Below, one piece after another: positions 1-15,129 of a DNA stretch of 64,000 bases; the stretch's first letter is position 1, and the number at the start of each line of letters is the position of its first letter. This stretch comes from the human T2T-CHM13v2.0 reference genome, Homo sapiens. The DNA lies in NCBI RefSeq assembly GCF_009914755.1, contig NC_060930.1; one strand, written 5' to 3'. The position numbers and the translations under genes were made by a program. The notes under the pieces were generated by a model. That model worked only from the letters and a program-made list of their open reading frames with translations, was not told the DNA's origin and ran no database searches.

Positions 1-404
1 AATAGAATATTCCCATGTGAAGTTAAATACAAAGTTATTAAAGCATATTTTCAAGATAGTTAAGGAGATAGCTGTTACATTGGCCTAAGTTCCAATTTGA
101 CTCTGTGTCCTCCATAAGGTACTACTTGCACTGAAATTATCATTTGACTTGGGGGGCATAGTTTTAAGCTAACTTAGCAACAAACTAGAAAATCCCCCAA
201 CGTGAAGAATAATTTTAGCTCTCCACTGACGATTTAGTTTATTTGTGTTTGGGATTTGTTATTCAACAAATAACAGAACAGTTAAAAAGGAAGCCTGCAT
301 TACTTTGAACATGGATATGATAAAGGAGAAACTCTAAAAACCTGATTAAGTCAAAAGAGATTTTTATCACTTCAACAAGTTTTTTTTAATGCTTGAAATA
401 TTTT

Positions 405-1384
405 TATTTGTTTGTATTTTTTTCTTCCAACTGTTATTTTAGGTATAGAAGGGGAACGTGTGAAGGTTTGTTACATGGGTAAATTGCATGTTGCTGGGGT
501 TTGGTGTGCAAACGATTTTGTCACCCAGGTAGTGAGCACAGTATCCAATAGGTAGTTTTTCAATCCTCACCCTCCTCCCACCATCCCCCCTCAAGTAAAC
601 CCTGGTGTCTATTGTTCCCCTCTTTGTGTTCATGTGTACTCAATGTTTAACTTCAACTCGTGAGAACACGAGGTATTTGATTTTCTGTTCCTGTGTTCAT
701 TCGCTGAGGATAATGACCTCCAGTTGCATCCATCTTGTTGCAAAGGACATTATTTCATTCTTTGTTATGGCTATGTAGTATTCTATGGTGTATATGTATC
801 ACATTTTCTTTATCCACTTCACCGTTGATGAGCACCTGGGTTGATTCCACGTTATTGCTATTGCTAAAACTGCTGCAATTAACATACAAGTGCATGTGTC
901 TTTATGGTAGAATGATTTATATTCCTTCTGGTATATACCTATTAATGGGATTGCTGAGTCGAATGGCAGTTCTGTTTTAAGTTCTCTGAGAAATCGCCAA
1001 ACTGCTTTCCACTGTGGCTGAACTAATTTACATTTTCACCAGCAGTGTATAAGTGTTTCCTTTTTCTTCACAACCTCGCCAGCATCTGTTTGTTTTTTAT
1101 TTTTTAATCATAGCCATTCTGACTGGAGCGAGGTGGTATCTCATTGTGGTTTTGATTTGCATTTCTGTAATGATTAGTGATGTTAAGCATTTTTACATGC
1201 TTGTTGGCCACATGTATGTCTTCTTTTGAGAAGTGTCTGTTCATGTCCTTTGTCCATTTTTTAATGGGATAGTTTGTTTTTTGTTTGTTGATTTGTTTAA
1301 GTTCCTTATGGATTCTAGATATTAGATTTTTATGAAATGCATAGTTTGCAAATATTTTCTTCTGCTCTGTAGGTTATCTCTTTA
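405..1384 (-). mobile_element. L1 3' end (old L1PA-type)
   Basis: Typical antisense L1 3' UTR / ORF2-end sequence (GTTTGTTACATGGGTAAATTGCATG..., TTTTGAGAAGTGTCTGTTCATGTCCTTTG). Confidence 0.9.
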
Positions 1385-1688
1385 AACAACCAGACTTATT
1401 TCGATATTACTAATGCACATTGGCTAGGAAGTTTCTTAGAACTCTCTTTGATTTTTTTACATGACTTCCTCCAGCTCCAATTTCCTTTCAAGTAAAATTG
1501 AGATAATAATGTTTGCCTCTTTTATTCACAAGGACAATGAACGTTCCTTAAGTAGGAACAAATGCTATTATTAATTTTGTGATGTTAAAATTGGTAATAA
1601 AGTTATTAAACAAAAGTTTGTGGCTTGAAAATCAATGAAGCCTTCCTAAGACTGTCACTCCCACTTGGTGCAGGCCCGCGTGAGTTAC

Positions 1689-1979
1689 CTGTCATGTGCA
1701 TGCTGGTGTTGTGGGTATTTGCAGCAAGTAGATTGACTCCCATGGCCTTGGCCCATGCTGAATGGAAGGGAACAGCCGAGAGGAGGGGCAGCGTGTTGTA
1801 CCATGCTGTGGGGTAGAGAATGCTGTCAATTGAAACTCATCCACCACCACCACAGCTGGGTCATGAGAAAAAATGTCAAAGCAAGTAAAAATGCCAAACT
1901 TCCCAAAGGGAGTGTCAAAAGTCACAAGTTCTGAATCCTTGGGGAAATCAAACTGAATTTCAGGTGCAAAAAGATTGTA
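1689..1979 (-). pseudogene. VNN3: VNN3 exon 4 ([10 protein letters not shown]...GIFTCFD...DEFQ, then frameshift), contains catalytic Cys
   Basis: Acceptor TTAACAG|T, donor CAG|GTAACT. The vanin-homologous [26 protein letters not shown]... continues only in another frame after about 1828. Confidence 0.95.
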
Positions 1980-2110
1980 CTGTTAATAAAAAGCAAAGAA
2001 GAAGAAAATTAATAAGAAAACTGCCAAATAGATGTGATCAGTTAAGTCTTTCCCCGTTAAATCTTTCCTCTCATGTATGTTGACATGCAGGTTTAAAAGT
2101 GTTACACATA

Positions 2111-2421
2111 GGCCAGGTGTGGTGGCTTACGCCTGTAATCCCAGCATGTTAGGAGGCTGAGGCGGGTGGATCACTTGAGGTCAGGAGTTCGAGACCAGCC
2201 TGGCCAATGTGGTAAAACCCTGTCTCTACTACAAATATCAAAAAAAATTAGCCAGGCATGATGGCATATGCCTGTAATCCCAGCTACTCATAGGCTGAGG
2301 CAGGGGGAGCCCCTGAACCCAGGAGGCCGAGGTTGCAGTGAGCCGAGATCGCGCCACTGCACTCCAGCCTGGGCAACAGAGCAAGATTCCATTTCCAAAA
2401 TCAACAACAACAACAAAATAA
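2111..2421 (+). mobile_element. Alu (S-type)
   Basis: Full dimer; TSD GTTACAYATA. Confidence 0.95.
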
Positions 2422-2934
2422 AACTGTTACATATACATTTGTAAAAATCATCCCCACTATACCACCATCTATACATTTTCTTACTGTGACATTAATAAAA
2501 AAACTTTATTTTTTTTACAACCAATGAATGAAACCACATGTACAAATGATATTTAAAATGTGAAAATGTGTATCTTAAAATCACAGGTTGAAATCTTGAA
2601 TCCTACACTTCTCAGATTGTTTTCCACTATATTCTTTAAATTTCAACAGCACTACTATGTTAATAAAATAAACTTTGTCATGTGTCCCAATGATACTGCC
2701 AGGTTTATAGAAGTGAAGTCCATTGAAAATTAATTTAGACAATGCAGTTGCTACATATTATTAATTAGTAAGCCATTCATAATTTTATTTTATTTTTCAG
2801 CCTGATTCTTTTTCCAAAACTCCACTTAACCTGGGCTCAGGAGTACAGCATATGTTTTGCTCAGGTTTTTGTTTGGCCTGTTGTGTGCATGTGTGTGCTC
2901 TGGGGAGAGCTACTTCCCACCTCTGTGGTCCATG

Positions 2935-3365
2935 GAGGCCTCTTGCTCCTCCTTTCTCCTCCCATGTGGCAGCCTATCCCTCATCCTTTGGTGATTAGCT
3001 CAGGAAAGGCACGTCACCTAATTGAATCAAGGAGCGATAAGGCCTTTGCAAGGTTCTAGGAGGGAGAAATACACCCTTCCTGTAGATTTTGTTGATAAAG
3101 ATGTGAATTTCGTGTTGCTCCAGCAATGTGGCTTCTAAAAGGAGAGTTCCCCTGAGAAAGAAGCTGTAACAAAGGGCTAGGAGAGCTAGAGGGGTGGATG
3201 ATAACTTTGGAGCCTCTGAGTGTCAGACTGCACTGAAATGAGACCTGTCCTTTCTATGATACACATTTTTACATGTGCATAAGCAAGGAAATTTCCATCT
3301 TTTTAAAGCCATTTTCATTTGAGGTTTTGTTTTCATTGCAATCAAAAAAGTCCTAATGGAATACA
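2935..3365 (+). mobile_element. Old MLT1-type LTR remnant
   Basis: 3' end TTTAAAGCCA..TTGAGGTTTTG..CATTGCAA..AAAAGTCCTAA..AATACA. Confidence 0.55.
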
Positions 3366-3707
3366 TGGTAGCTTAGTATGAAATGCTAACAAATTGGGCT
3401 AAAAAATGAACCTGATATTAAATCATGAATGAAACAGAATGTTTACTTCTTTTTCAGAGAACATTAAAAGCTTTGTGTGGCTATTGTCACATCCATTTAA
3501 ATACTCTACCATATTCTGTTTTATGATAAATGCAAACCCAGAACGGTTATATGGAACTGAATTAAATCTCCTTTTCAACTATGATGTAATAATTATAAGA
3601 TGCATCTATAACAGTTCTCTCCCCAACATTCAACAAACAAACACACATACATACCACAAGCACACAGAAGAAGTAACAAGTTGAGCTAAGGCACAAGTGA
3701 TGCTCAC

Positions 3708-3900
3708 CTTATGGTAGCGTGCCAACAGTTTTCCCTGAGAATCAAACACCACATCAGTGTTGTATTGGTAACGGCCATCAGGGGGACACTGAGAGTCACT
3801 GGCATTGCATGGCTTCTTGTCCCCAATATTAGCCACGACATAGATAGAGTTGTCCTTGGCCAGGCAGCTGAGTCTTTGTTGCACTGGTGTGTTGCCGAAT
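3708..3900 (-). pseudogene. VNN3: VNN3 exon 3 ([18 protein letters not shown]...LARYHK), contains catalytic Lys
   Basis: Acceptor GAATTAG|A, donor AAG|GTGAGC, 193 nt. Confidence 0.95.
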
Positions 3901-6557
3901 CTAATTCAATAGACATTTCCTCAAACTTACTATATTTTAGTGATTTCTGAAATACCAAAGTGATACTTTATTTGCCCATTGCCCATAACACAACAGCTCT
4001 AGGTCAAGAATCAACAGAAAATATTTTAAAACTCTCATGTGATACAGTGTTTATCTTCCTGAAAGCTAACCTAATTTACTATGCCAAACTCCAGATTACA
4101 GTACAAGACTGAAGGAAAGAAAAGATGGAAGAGGAAGAGGAGGATGAAAAGAAGCAGCACATTCTCTTATGAAGTGCTCCCAGGAAGATATATGAAGCAC
4201 TTGAAATTTAGCAGATTCTGCTAATGGAGAGGACCTTTTCTATAATCCAAGCCATAATTTGTACAAGGTTGCTGATACGAGATGTGGTTGGAAACAGAAA
4301 TGCCAGGTGACAGTAAATAGTTTGTACCCTCCAGATTGTCTCTATAAAAAAACAAATATAGCTGTAAGTAGTGGAAATGTTAAAAATTAAAATAAAAAAT
4401 AAAAAGCACTTCACTGTACTGACTCAGTTTCTTCATCTGTCAAATGTAAAACAATAGCTTCCTTTCTGCCTTAGTGGATCCACATGAGAAATCCTGAGAT
4501 AAGTACAGACATGAAATTGTTTTACCAAGTCCATCCATATTAAAGATATTTATCCTTGGTATAAGAAGAGAATGTAGCATGGTGATAGCTGGCTTCAAAT
4601 ATTTGAAAGGCTTAATTTATAGGAGATGGGTCATATGTGTGAACATAGCATAGAATGCAGGAAAAAGACGAAAGGAAGTTAAAGTGAGGCAGATTTCAGC
4701 AGAAAATAAGACAAAAAATGTTTAGCAACCAGCTCACTCTGTTAAATAAGTGGATTTGCTAGTCACTAAAAATTTTATTATAATATGGTTCATCTAGGCC
4801 CTTAGAGTCCATTCCGTTAGCACAGTTAAATGACATAGCTGTTTTAATTCCAGCCAATCTAATGATCAATCATGAGATCATAAGCCTTCCTTTTTTCACA
4901 TATTTGTAATGCAAATAGTAATGCCAACTACATAAATTGAATGTAATAATGGGTATAGTATACCAGGTACAGTTCTTGGGACCAAGTAAGTGCTCAGTAA
5001 ATGAAAATTGCTATTATGGATTGTGTGATTAGAGGCCATTCCATGTCTCTCTATGAACTCACAGCCCCTCTGCAATTGAGGTTAAACTAACCTTTGAATA
5101 AAAAGGACAGATTAATGGCCTACTGGTTTAGACCTTTTCTTTTTATTTTCTTCTAAAAAAAACAGAGAAGTACTATTAATATTCATATTCATTAAGACCT
5201 TTAATAACTTTATCATGTACTTTGTTTAATTTTTCTTTTCTTGACTAAATAATTTGAGTTATTTAATATTTCCTACTAGTTACTCGTGAAAAAAGCCCAT
5301 GGAACTGTTTGACATGTCAGCATTCTAAATATTTAAATGCACAAGGATGACCGCATGCCTCTCTACTATTCTCTTCAGGGATAAATATCACCAGGGAGAA
5401 AACTGACTTTCTTTTCCAATATTATCATTATATTAAATACTGGATTTCTCCTTTCTGTAACACAAAACTGAAACGTTGTCATTTGAATAAGTAGGTGTAA
5501 GAGTTCATAATGTTGACATTTCATCAGTCACCTACTTTCCCAACTTAAAATAATTTATCGATAGCTAATTATCAAATTTATGGATATATTTTCCCTGGAA
5601 AAGTCAGTTTCATTAGCCCAGTCAAATACAGTACATTTTCGTGTAAGCCTCATCAACTGCAGCAAATAATGATTCCTTCCTGTTCTGGGAAACGCCTCAT
5701 AAGCAAGTAGATGTTGAATCATAGTGACATGGTTTCTGTAAACACAGACCATGCAATGTTTAGAGAATATTTTTCCAAAGGGCAAAATCCCAGAGTGAGG
5801 TTTGACTCACATAGCTGAGCCTGAATGTTGTACCATTAAGCATGACTTTCCACTTAATTTCACATAGGTAAAATTATCAAAGAAGTTTCTCTTTTTGCAC
5901 AATAGGTGTAGTTCTAAACAGGTGCATGTAAATTTAAAATTAGCAAGTTAAATGACTTCTTAACCCATCAATTTTGCCATTTAAAGAAATAATCTTAAAC
6001 TATTTTTAAAAGTTAATACAACTAAAATAATCTATTTCACAGATATCATATTTATTATGCATATTTTCTTTAAGAAAGTTATGCCTAAATTACATCTACT
6101 AATAATTACTAAAGTCTCTCAAAGGACAAGAACACAAAGAAGTTCAGACTCAGTCCCTTCTGTTAACAAAAAAAAAAAAGGAATAGTGACAGCTAGCATT
6201 GGAGAGTGCATCACAATGTACAAATTCCATGTGTATTACTTCATTACTCTTGTCTGATCTGTAAGAGAATTAAGGGACTCTATTATCCCTGTTTTACAGA
6301 TAATGAAACAGAAATGTTAAGCATTTAGGTTATACGCTTACATCACTCAGCTAGGTGGTCGTAAAATGTGGTCCCAGAAGTAGGGCTTCCTTTTTCAAGT
6401 CCTATACAATTTCCATTGGCCATATTGATTGCATTCTGAATGACAGTGATAGCAAAGCTCTTTGGAAACAGGCTCATTCATCTTTTTACTCTTCCTGTGA
6501 AGGAGGCAGGTGTCCATGGATGAACCAACTTACTTGTATTTGGGACACAGGTTCTAG

Positions 6558-7252
<695 letters not shown>

Positions 7253-7354
7253 TAACCAACTAGTCATCAGTATCTCAAGTCATTTACCAAACAGGAGATA
7301 TGCCAGATGATATACACTATGAAACATAAGCAGTATCTGCAGATTCAACACTAT

Positions 7355-7612
7355 TTCTTTTCTTCTTTTTTTTTTTTTTTTTTTTTTGAGACAGAGTCTC
7401 ACTCTATCGTTCAAGCAATTCTCATGCCTTAGCCTCCCGAGTAGCTGGGATTACAGGCACACACCACCACACCCAGCTAATTTTTGTATTTTAGTAGAGA
7501 TGGGGTTTTACCACGTTGGCCAGGCTGGTCTCAAACTCCTAATCTCAAGTAATCCACCTGCCTTGGCCTCCCAAAGTGCTGGGATTATAGGCATGACCCA
7601 CAGCACCCAGCC
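7355..7612 (-). mobile_element. Alu with internal deletion
   Basis: TSD TCAACACTATTTCT. Confidence 0.93.
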
Positions 7613-7624
7613 TCAACACTATTT

Positions 7625-9095
7625 CTAACAAACTACCAATGTCATTTTTTCACAGATTTATAAACAAAATTTCTAAAATTCATATGGAACCAAAAAAGAG
7701 CCTGAATCGCCAAACCAATCCTAAACAAAAAGAACAAAGCCTGAGGCATCACATTACCCAAGGCTACAGTAATCAAAACAACATGGTACTGTTAGAAAAA
7801 CAGACACATAGACCAATAGAACAGAATAGAGAGCCTAGAAACAAAGCCGCACACCTACAGCCATCTGTAGCTCAAACAAAGTTCACAAAAATAAGTATGG
7901 GGAAAGGACTCCTTATTCAACAAAAGGTGCTGGAATATCTGGCTAGCCATATGCAGAAGATTGAAACTGGACCCCTATCTTTCACCATGTACAAAAATTA
8001 ACTCAAGATGTATTAAAGATTTAAATGTATGACCTCAAACTATAAGAATCCTAGAAGAAAATCTAAGAAACACCATTCTGGACATGAACCTTGGAAAATA
8101 ATTTATGACTAAGTCCTCAAAAGCAATTGCAACAAAAACAAAACTTGACATGTAGGACCTAATTTAACTAAAGAGCTCTGTACAGCAAAAGCAACTATCA
8201 ACAGAGTAAATAGACAACCTACAGAATGGGAGAAAATATTTGCAAACTAGGCATCTAACAAAGGTCTACTATCCAGAATCCATAAGGAACTTAAATCAAT
8301 AAGCAAAAACAAAACAAATAACCCCATTGAAAAGTGGGCAAAAGACATGAACAGACACTTCTCAAAAGAGGACATACAAGTGGCCAAAAAACACGTGAAC
8401 AAACACTCAACATCACTTATCATCAGAGAAATGCCAAGCAAAACCACAATGAGATATCATCTCACACCAGTCAGAATGACTGTTAACAAAAAGTCAAATA
8501 ATAAAAGATGCTATGGAGAAAGGGGAACACTTACACACTATTGGTGGAAATGTAAATTAGTTCAGCCATTGTGGAAAGCAGTTTGGAGATTTCTCAGAGA
8601 ACTTAAAACACAGCAACCATTCGACTCACAATCCCATTACTAGGTATATACCCAAAGGAAAGGAAATCATTCTACCAAAAAGACTCGTGCACTTGTATGT
8701 TCATCGCAGCACTTTTCACAACAGCAAAGATATGGAATTAACCTAGGTGCCCACAAGAAGGAACAAAATCATGTCTTTTGCAGCACCAAAGGACATTATC
8801 CTCAGCAAGTTAACACAGGAACAGAAAACCAAATACTGCATGTTCTCACTTATAAGTGGGAGCTAAGCATTGGGAACTCATGGCCATAAAGATGACAGCA
8901 ATAGACACTGGGAACTAATAGAGGGGAGAGAGAGAGAGGAAGGCAAGGGCTGAAAACCTTCCTGTTGTATACTATGCTGGGTGGTGCAATCATTGTACCC
9001 CAATCCTCAGCGTCATGCAATTTGCCCATGTAACAAACCTGCACATGTACTCCCTCAATCTAAGCTAAAAGTTGAAATTACAGGGAAAAAAAAGC
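7625..9095 (+). mobile_element. 5'-truncated L1 (old L1PA/PB-type), ORF2 C-terminus plus 3' UTR
   Basis: Fragment [16 protein letters not shown]...[10 protein letters not shown]...CKLVQPLWK; 3' UTR and A-rich end. Confidence 0.92.
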
Positions 9096-9219
9096 ATCTA
9101 CATCCTATGCCACAGATTGACTATTTATCAACACAATTACCAGTCAAATTCAGTGAGTTTACTGTTGGTGTTTTACCAAATCACAACTTTTTGTTTAGAA
9201 ATTAATGATATGATATTAC

Positions 9220-9350
9220 CTCCAGGGGTCTCTACATGGAATCCAGTTCACTCCAGGGTCTGGTATATCCTCTAGATAGGGGTAAATGCTCTCCCTGGTG
9301 AAGATCCAACCATAGATTCCATCTTCTGGGGTCACAATGATATGTGCACC
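9220..9350 (-). pseudogene. VNN3: VNN3 exon 2 ([15 protein letters not shown]...PCRDPW), contains catalytic Glu
   Basis: Acceptor TTTCGAGCAG|G, donor GAG|GTAATA, 131 nt. Confidence 0.95.
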
Positions 9351-9446
9351 CTGCTCGAAACAAGTGGGGCAAAAAAGTTTGTCATGAATTCCAAATACTC
9401 TTTGACCAAACTGCAAGTCTCCTTTACAAGTATAAAAGGGTAATAC

Positions 9447-9659
9447 CTGCTTCGCTGCCAGCTTAACTGCTTTCTCCAAAACATCTATGTTCTTGTTCAT
9501 CAGGAGCAAAGCTTCTTCTTTTGAAACAGGTGTTTCTGTTCTGTTTGGTAATATCACCGCATGCTCATATACTGCAGCAATAAAAGTGTCCAGTGCACCA
9601 ACACTCAGAGCAAGGAGGGCAAAAACTGCCACACATTTTGGAAAATGTGATATAATCAT
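9447..9659 (-). pseudogene. VNN3: VNN3 coding exon 1 ([33 protein letters not shown]...KLAAKQ)
   Basis: ATG at 9659, 71 codons, donor CAG|GTATTA; same length as VNN2 exon 1. Confidence 0.95.
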
Positions 9660-12386
9660 AACTAAAATTTAGTGATCTTTGAAAAACAAACTCAGATTCT
9701 TACGTTTTGTTTCACTGGAAAAACTTTACATTAAATCCCTCCTGGCAATCAGCTGTTTATATTTTCTTGCACATATATTACACAACACAGCATTGAGAAA
9801 GGATGTTGTGCAAGAAAACTGACAGCCAGGACGTAATTGGATTGATTCAAGTGTACAGTGCAGTTGTTGACATTGTTCAGAGTCAAGTCAACACTAAAAG
9901 ATTGAGCCAACCAGATGAATTCACCCCAGTCCAAAACACACTGGCAGTTGAAGTCTTTTCTAATAAAAAAAAATTTTCCTGGTAAGCCAACATTTCTATT
10001 AATAGGGCCAATATTGGAAGGTAGTCATCATAGCAACAATTTGTTGAGCACTCTACTTACATATTTGTATGGCCATTTCTATTTGAAAAGCCCTTGTTCT
10101 CCATCCGTCTAAGTTCCAGCTCCCCCTAGAGTCCTCCCAAATCCACTCCAGTCCTAAGTGATATTTCTGAACTCCTATAGCATTTTTTTCTGTGCTGCTG
10201 AATGTCTCTCACTCCTTGCTGTTGTCTTGACCTTTAATTTAAATATTATACCAATACTTAATATTATATATGTATGTTTTGTCTTCTTAAAGAGATTAAA
10301 AAGAAACTTGCTGTTTTCTTTCAGAACATCCATGTCCAATAAACATCTAGACAGAGATGATGTATCCTGGGATGTGGCCCCTGGAGGGTAAGGGAAGTGT
10401 CCTGCTCACTGTTGAACCTCATCACCCCAGCACATGTGTGACAGATGGTGAAAGCTCAATATATGAATGAATGTTGAATGACGGAATCTACTACCTGATG
10501 GGCCAGTCTATTCCACCTTTGAACATTGCCAATTTTAAGAACATTCTTGTTATTGAGATGCAATTTACTTTACCTGTCTTCTACAGTTTAAACCCGCTTC
10601 CATATGAAGACTAATCAATAATTCAAAAAGTGTTAAGTTCTCCTTTAATTCTTTTATTTTTTAAACATATCATCCTTATAAGTCCCTTAAGGGCAGGGTC
10701 ACATTATAATTCTCTGCTGCTTCTATAGAATTTTATACTGTGCTAAGCTCTGTAAATGTTTTTTGATTAGTTAAATTCACTTCCCTCGCCCAATTTTGGA
10801 TTGAATCTCCTTGTTTGAATATCAGTTAATTTAAAATGTAGAATTTTTTTTAAGGTTTAAATCTCTGATTCTAGAACAATTAACACTGCTTCTCCCTCTT
10901 GAGATTCTTTCTAAGATCTAAGGAAAATTGTAAGTTATGGAGATTTGTGTCTATTTTGGGTTTGGTTTGTTTCTATAATTCAAAGTCCCTTGGTTTCAAT
11001 AAACTTTTCCATTATCCAAATATTTCTGCTCCCAGATACCCCACAGTGTTTCCATATGTCCTTATGCCCTGATACCATTTCAGGAAATAAGGACATATGA
11101 ACATAAATTCAGCCCTAAATTCTGAGTTTATGTCTGACATAAATTGTTTTCATCAGACATCAGACATAAGTTCTTTTCCAAAAAAATTTCTGAGGAGAAG
11201 AGGGAAACTATGTAAAACAGATGGATTGATCTGGGATGAGAAGAAAATAATTTTCATATTTCAAGTTGAAATTCTAACTCTTTTCTTGGTTCACCTGACT
11301 TTCTGAATAGAATCAAAAGGAAACATATGGGAATTCCCCTTCATTCTCCCAGCCCCTAGTTCCAGGAAATGTACCAGCTTTTTTTGTGTGTTGAAATCAA
11401 TAGAAACTTGAGTTAAATATTTGATTACCCAATGTTGTTAGTAATGTCTTTGCTTCCTAGGTGTATAAGGCGTGCAGCTATGAGTTATTTGAAACACTGT
11501 ATTGGTACATAATCCTTATGACAGTCTGGCATTATTGTAGGATTAAGAAGTTTAGAGTCAGAAGTTTTGTATTACAATAAATATAATTCTTCTTTTAAAT
11601 ATGTAAGGGACACATCTTAAAGGAGAGGTGCTGTAATAAAATATCTAAGAGTTTACTGGCTTTCCCCAAATCTTTATTTCTAAACTCATTGTAAAACCTC
11701 CTCTCCATTCTCCTTATCAAGTTCCTGACCCCATAAATAAGAATTCTTTCAGGCTCTCCATCAGCCTCTCTGATCCCACTCCTCCCACCCTAACCCTCAA
11801 TACTGTAATCCATTAGAGTTCCCTTGACCATTGCTGTCATTAATTAAGATACTTCCCATGCATATATTGAATCAAAGCAGACAGTAAGAGCCTTCTTTCT
11901 CTTGGTTCCATTTTATATTTTGTGTTCTTAGCTAAAAGTACTCTTCTTATTGTAACATGATCACTGTTGCTCTGATCCTGGAATGATTCTGACCAAATCC
12001 TGCCTTTCGAGCTCAAATCCATTGCCTCTCCAGTCTTGTTGCTATTCCCTTCTCTAAACTCTTAATGCACTTATGGCCAGTAGCCACATTGTTGTTCACT
12101 GTCTTTCAGTCCCTTACTCTACCCTCTCCCCTGGCCCCAGGTTTTTTTCTACTTCATACCTTCAACTATCTTCTACAAAAGGATAATGACTGTGTCTCTA
12201 TCTTTAGCTCAAACTTCCGTTCTGAACTTCAGGCCTATTTATCCAACTCAAAAGAACTCCTTTCCACAAGCTCCCACCAAGTATCAACCCACCTGCCAGC
12301 CATTTGTACCTGTAAATTCTGCCTCCCCCCATCCTTACTGTAAATGACTCCTCTTGACCCTACTTAAGTCTAGCCCCTATCTTTGA

Positions 12387-13164
<778 letters not shown>

Positions 13165-14118
13165 TGATCTGACATCCCCTTCCAATTCCTGCTCCATTTC
13201 TCAGCTTTATTTTATAACAAAATTCCTTTCCACGATGGTATGTACTCCTTGCCTCAATTCCTGTCCTCCCAATGGACAGGATTTTACCCCCATGACTTCA
13301 CTGCCTTGTCCAGTTCCCATTAATCTCCCTATTACTAAGTCTGATGGTCAATTCTCAATGTCATCTTACTCAATGTCTTGGTAGTACTTGACAAAGCTGC
13401 CATTATCCCATTCTTAATGTACTTTCTTCTTCACACCCTTTTAGTTTTCCTCTTTCTTTCTTCTTAGTTTTTGTATTTGTTTACTTTGTTTTGTTTCTTT
13501 GGACTTTTTCTTCTGGTTTCTACTCATCATCCCTGACTTGGCAACACTGGTGCACCCTGGAGCCCAACCTTTGGAAGTCTTCTGTTCCTATCTACACTCA
13601 CTTCCTAGGTGATTACATCCATTTCATCTCTTTAAATACCATCTATATATTTAATATTAGTGACTCACAGATTTATATATCTACCTCAAACCTCTCTTGA
13701 GAACTCTAGACTCTTATATCTGGCAACAGTCTACTCAAAATCTCCACTTGACTGTATGAAGGCTTATCTGATCAACATGAACAAAACTGAGCTCCTGACC
13801 TTCTGCTCCTGATGCTCTTTCACCAGCAGTCTTTCAGATCTCAATTAACGGCTTCTCTCATCTCCCTTTTGTTCCGGCCAAAACCCTTGGAGTCACCCTT
13901 ACTTCTTTCTGTCTCTCTCACTCTACACACGTTCAAGCAAGTGGTCTTTTACTACACCAACTGTGGTCCAAGCCGTCATTATCACTAGTCTGGATTATTC
14001 CCAAACCCTTGCACCTGGTTTTTGTACCACTACTTCTACTTTTGCACAACAACAATCAGAGCCATTCTATCAAAATATAAGACTAATCATATCATTCCTC
14101 TGCTCAAAACCTATCAAT

Positions 14119-14455
<337 letters not shown>

Positions 14456-15129
14456 TTACTCAGAGTAAAAGGCCAAGTTCTTACAATGCCTAAAAAAACC
14501 ACTATAAGCTGTCACTTCTAACAATTCCTACTACTTTTCCCATGTTCACTCGGCTCCAGTTGCATTGACTTCTTTGCTGTTCCTCAAGCATGTCCCTGTA
14601 CTGTCTCCACTACCCTGAGGGGACTGCTGCAACTGGCTCCTTCCTGGCCACTCTGCCTTTAGAACTTCTTTCTCCACTCCATCCTTCAAAAAGCCATCAA
14701 ATTTATCTAGTTTTTAAACTGTTTAGTCCCTCATGGCTACTTGACTCTAAAACTCTTCAATGTGTCTTTCTCTCAGCTTCTGGATAAAGTCTAGACTTCA
14801 TTTGTGTTTCAACACTGACTCTGGACTATCTCTCTAGTCTTATTTTTTACATCGTCTGTCCTTATCCTTCCTCCTTGCATCCTCTTCCTCCGTAATACAT
14901 TAAACACTGCTTGAAGCATACTTCCATGTCTTTGCATGCATGACTAACTCTATTGAGAATGCCCTGATTATCTTATTCTGCTTGTCTGTGACATCCTTCT
15001 GGTCTTCCAAGGTAGAATTGATCCATTTCTGGTCCTTGTATTGATCATAGCACTAGCACGCCTCAGCCTCCAAAGTGCTGGGATTACACGCATGAGCCAC
15101 CATGCCCAGCTAAGTTTTTTTTTTTTTTT

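Noticed and set aside
7639-8643. 120-aa and 98-aa ORFs
   Set aside because: Broken L1 ORF2 fragments
9677-9703. GTAAGA...CAAAG 27-nt GT-AG segment in the VNN3 5' region
   Set aside because: Too short to be a spliceosomal intron; no support for either site alone
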